Below are positions 63,905-64,000 of a stretch of 64,000 nucleotides of DNA, piece after piece. The stretch's first letter is position 1. Every line of letters begins with the position of its first letter. A program made the translations under genes and the position numbers. Under the pieces are notes generated by a model. That model was not told the origin of the DNA. It saw only the letters and a list, made by a program, of their open reading frames with translations, and ran no database searches. This stretch comes from Chiloscyllium plagiosum (lineage: Eukaryota), in contig NC_057744.1 in NCBI RefSeq assembly GCF_004010195.1, positions 9,376,658 to 9,440,657 of the forward strand. The letters run 5' to 3'.

Positions 63905-64000
63905 TCAGAACATAGAGTCATAGAGTCATAGAGATGTACAGCATGGAAACAGACCCTTTGGTCCGATCTGTCCATGCTGACCAGATATCCCAACCCAATC
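63905..64000 (-). mobile_element. CR1-clade LINE 3' tail (runs off the window)
   Basis: (catagagt)n followed by gatgtacagcatggaaacagaccctttggtcc; reverse complement of the tail at about 20150-20236. Confidence 0.85.

Overview
This is eukaryotic, repeat-rich vertebrate DNA. The repeats (HE1-type V-SINEs, CR1/HER1-type LINEs, Deu-domain SINEs) point to a cartilaginous fish, probably a shark (inference). The only host gene I can support is the first coding exon of SIK3 (minus strand, 14337-14179). It sits in a CpG island with a perfect CRE and several CRE half-sites. Bases 1-14178 are its first intron; I did not find exon 2 in the window. The roughly 50 kb upstream is intergenic and made largely of transposon remnants. 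The largest is a full-length but inactivated Ty3/Gypsy LTR retrotransposon with the unusual Gmr1-type order gag-PR-INT-RT-RH (28167-34591, with both LTRs, PBS, PPT and an ACTT target duplication). It is inserted into the pol gene of an older, opposite-strand Gypsy element. Other remnants include a second Gmr1-like fragment, Penelope-like fold-back pieces with broken hammerhead-ribozyme cores, a decayed Harbinger Myb/SANT gene with its intron, tandem trimers of a tRNA-derived unit, and many CR1 and SINE copies. There are three N-gaps, and the largest looks like a false gap between two haplotypes. I found no convincing new protein-coding system; nearly all other ORFs in the track are transposon fragments or chance ORFs. 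Repeat boundaries were placed by eye and are approximate unless a TSD is cited.
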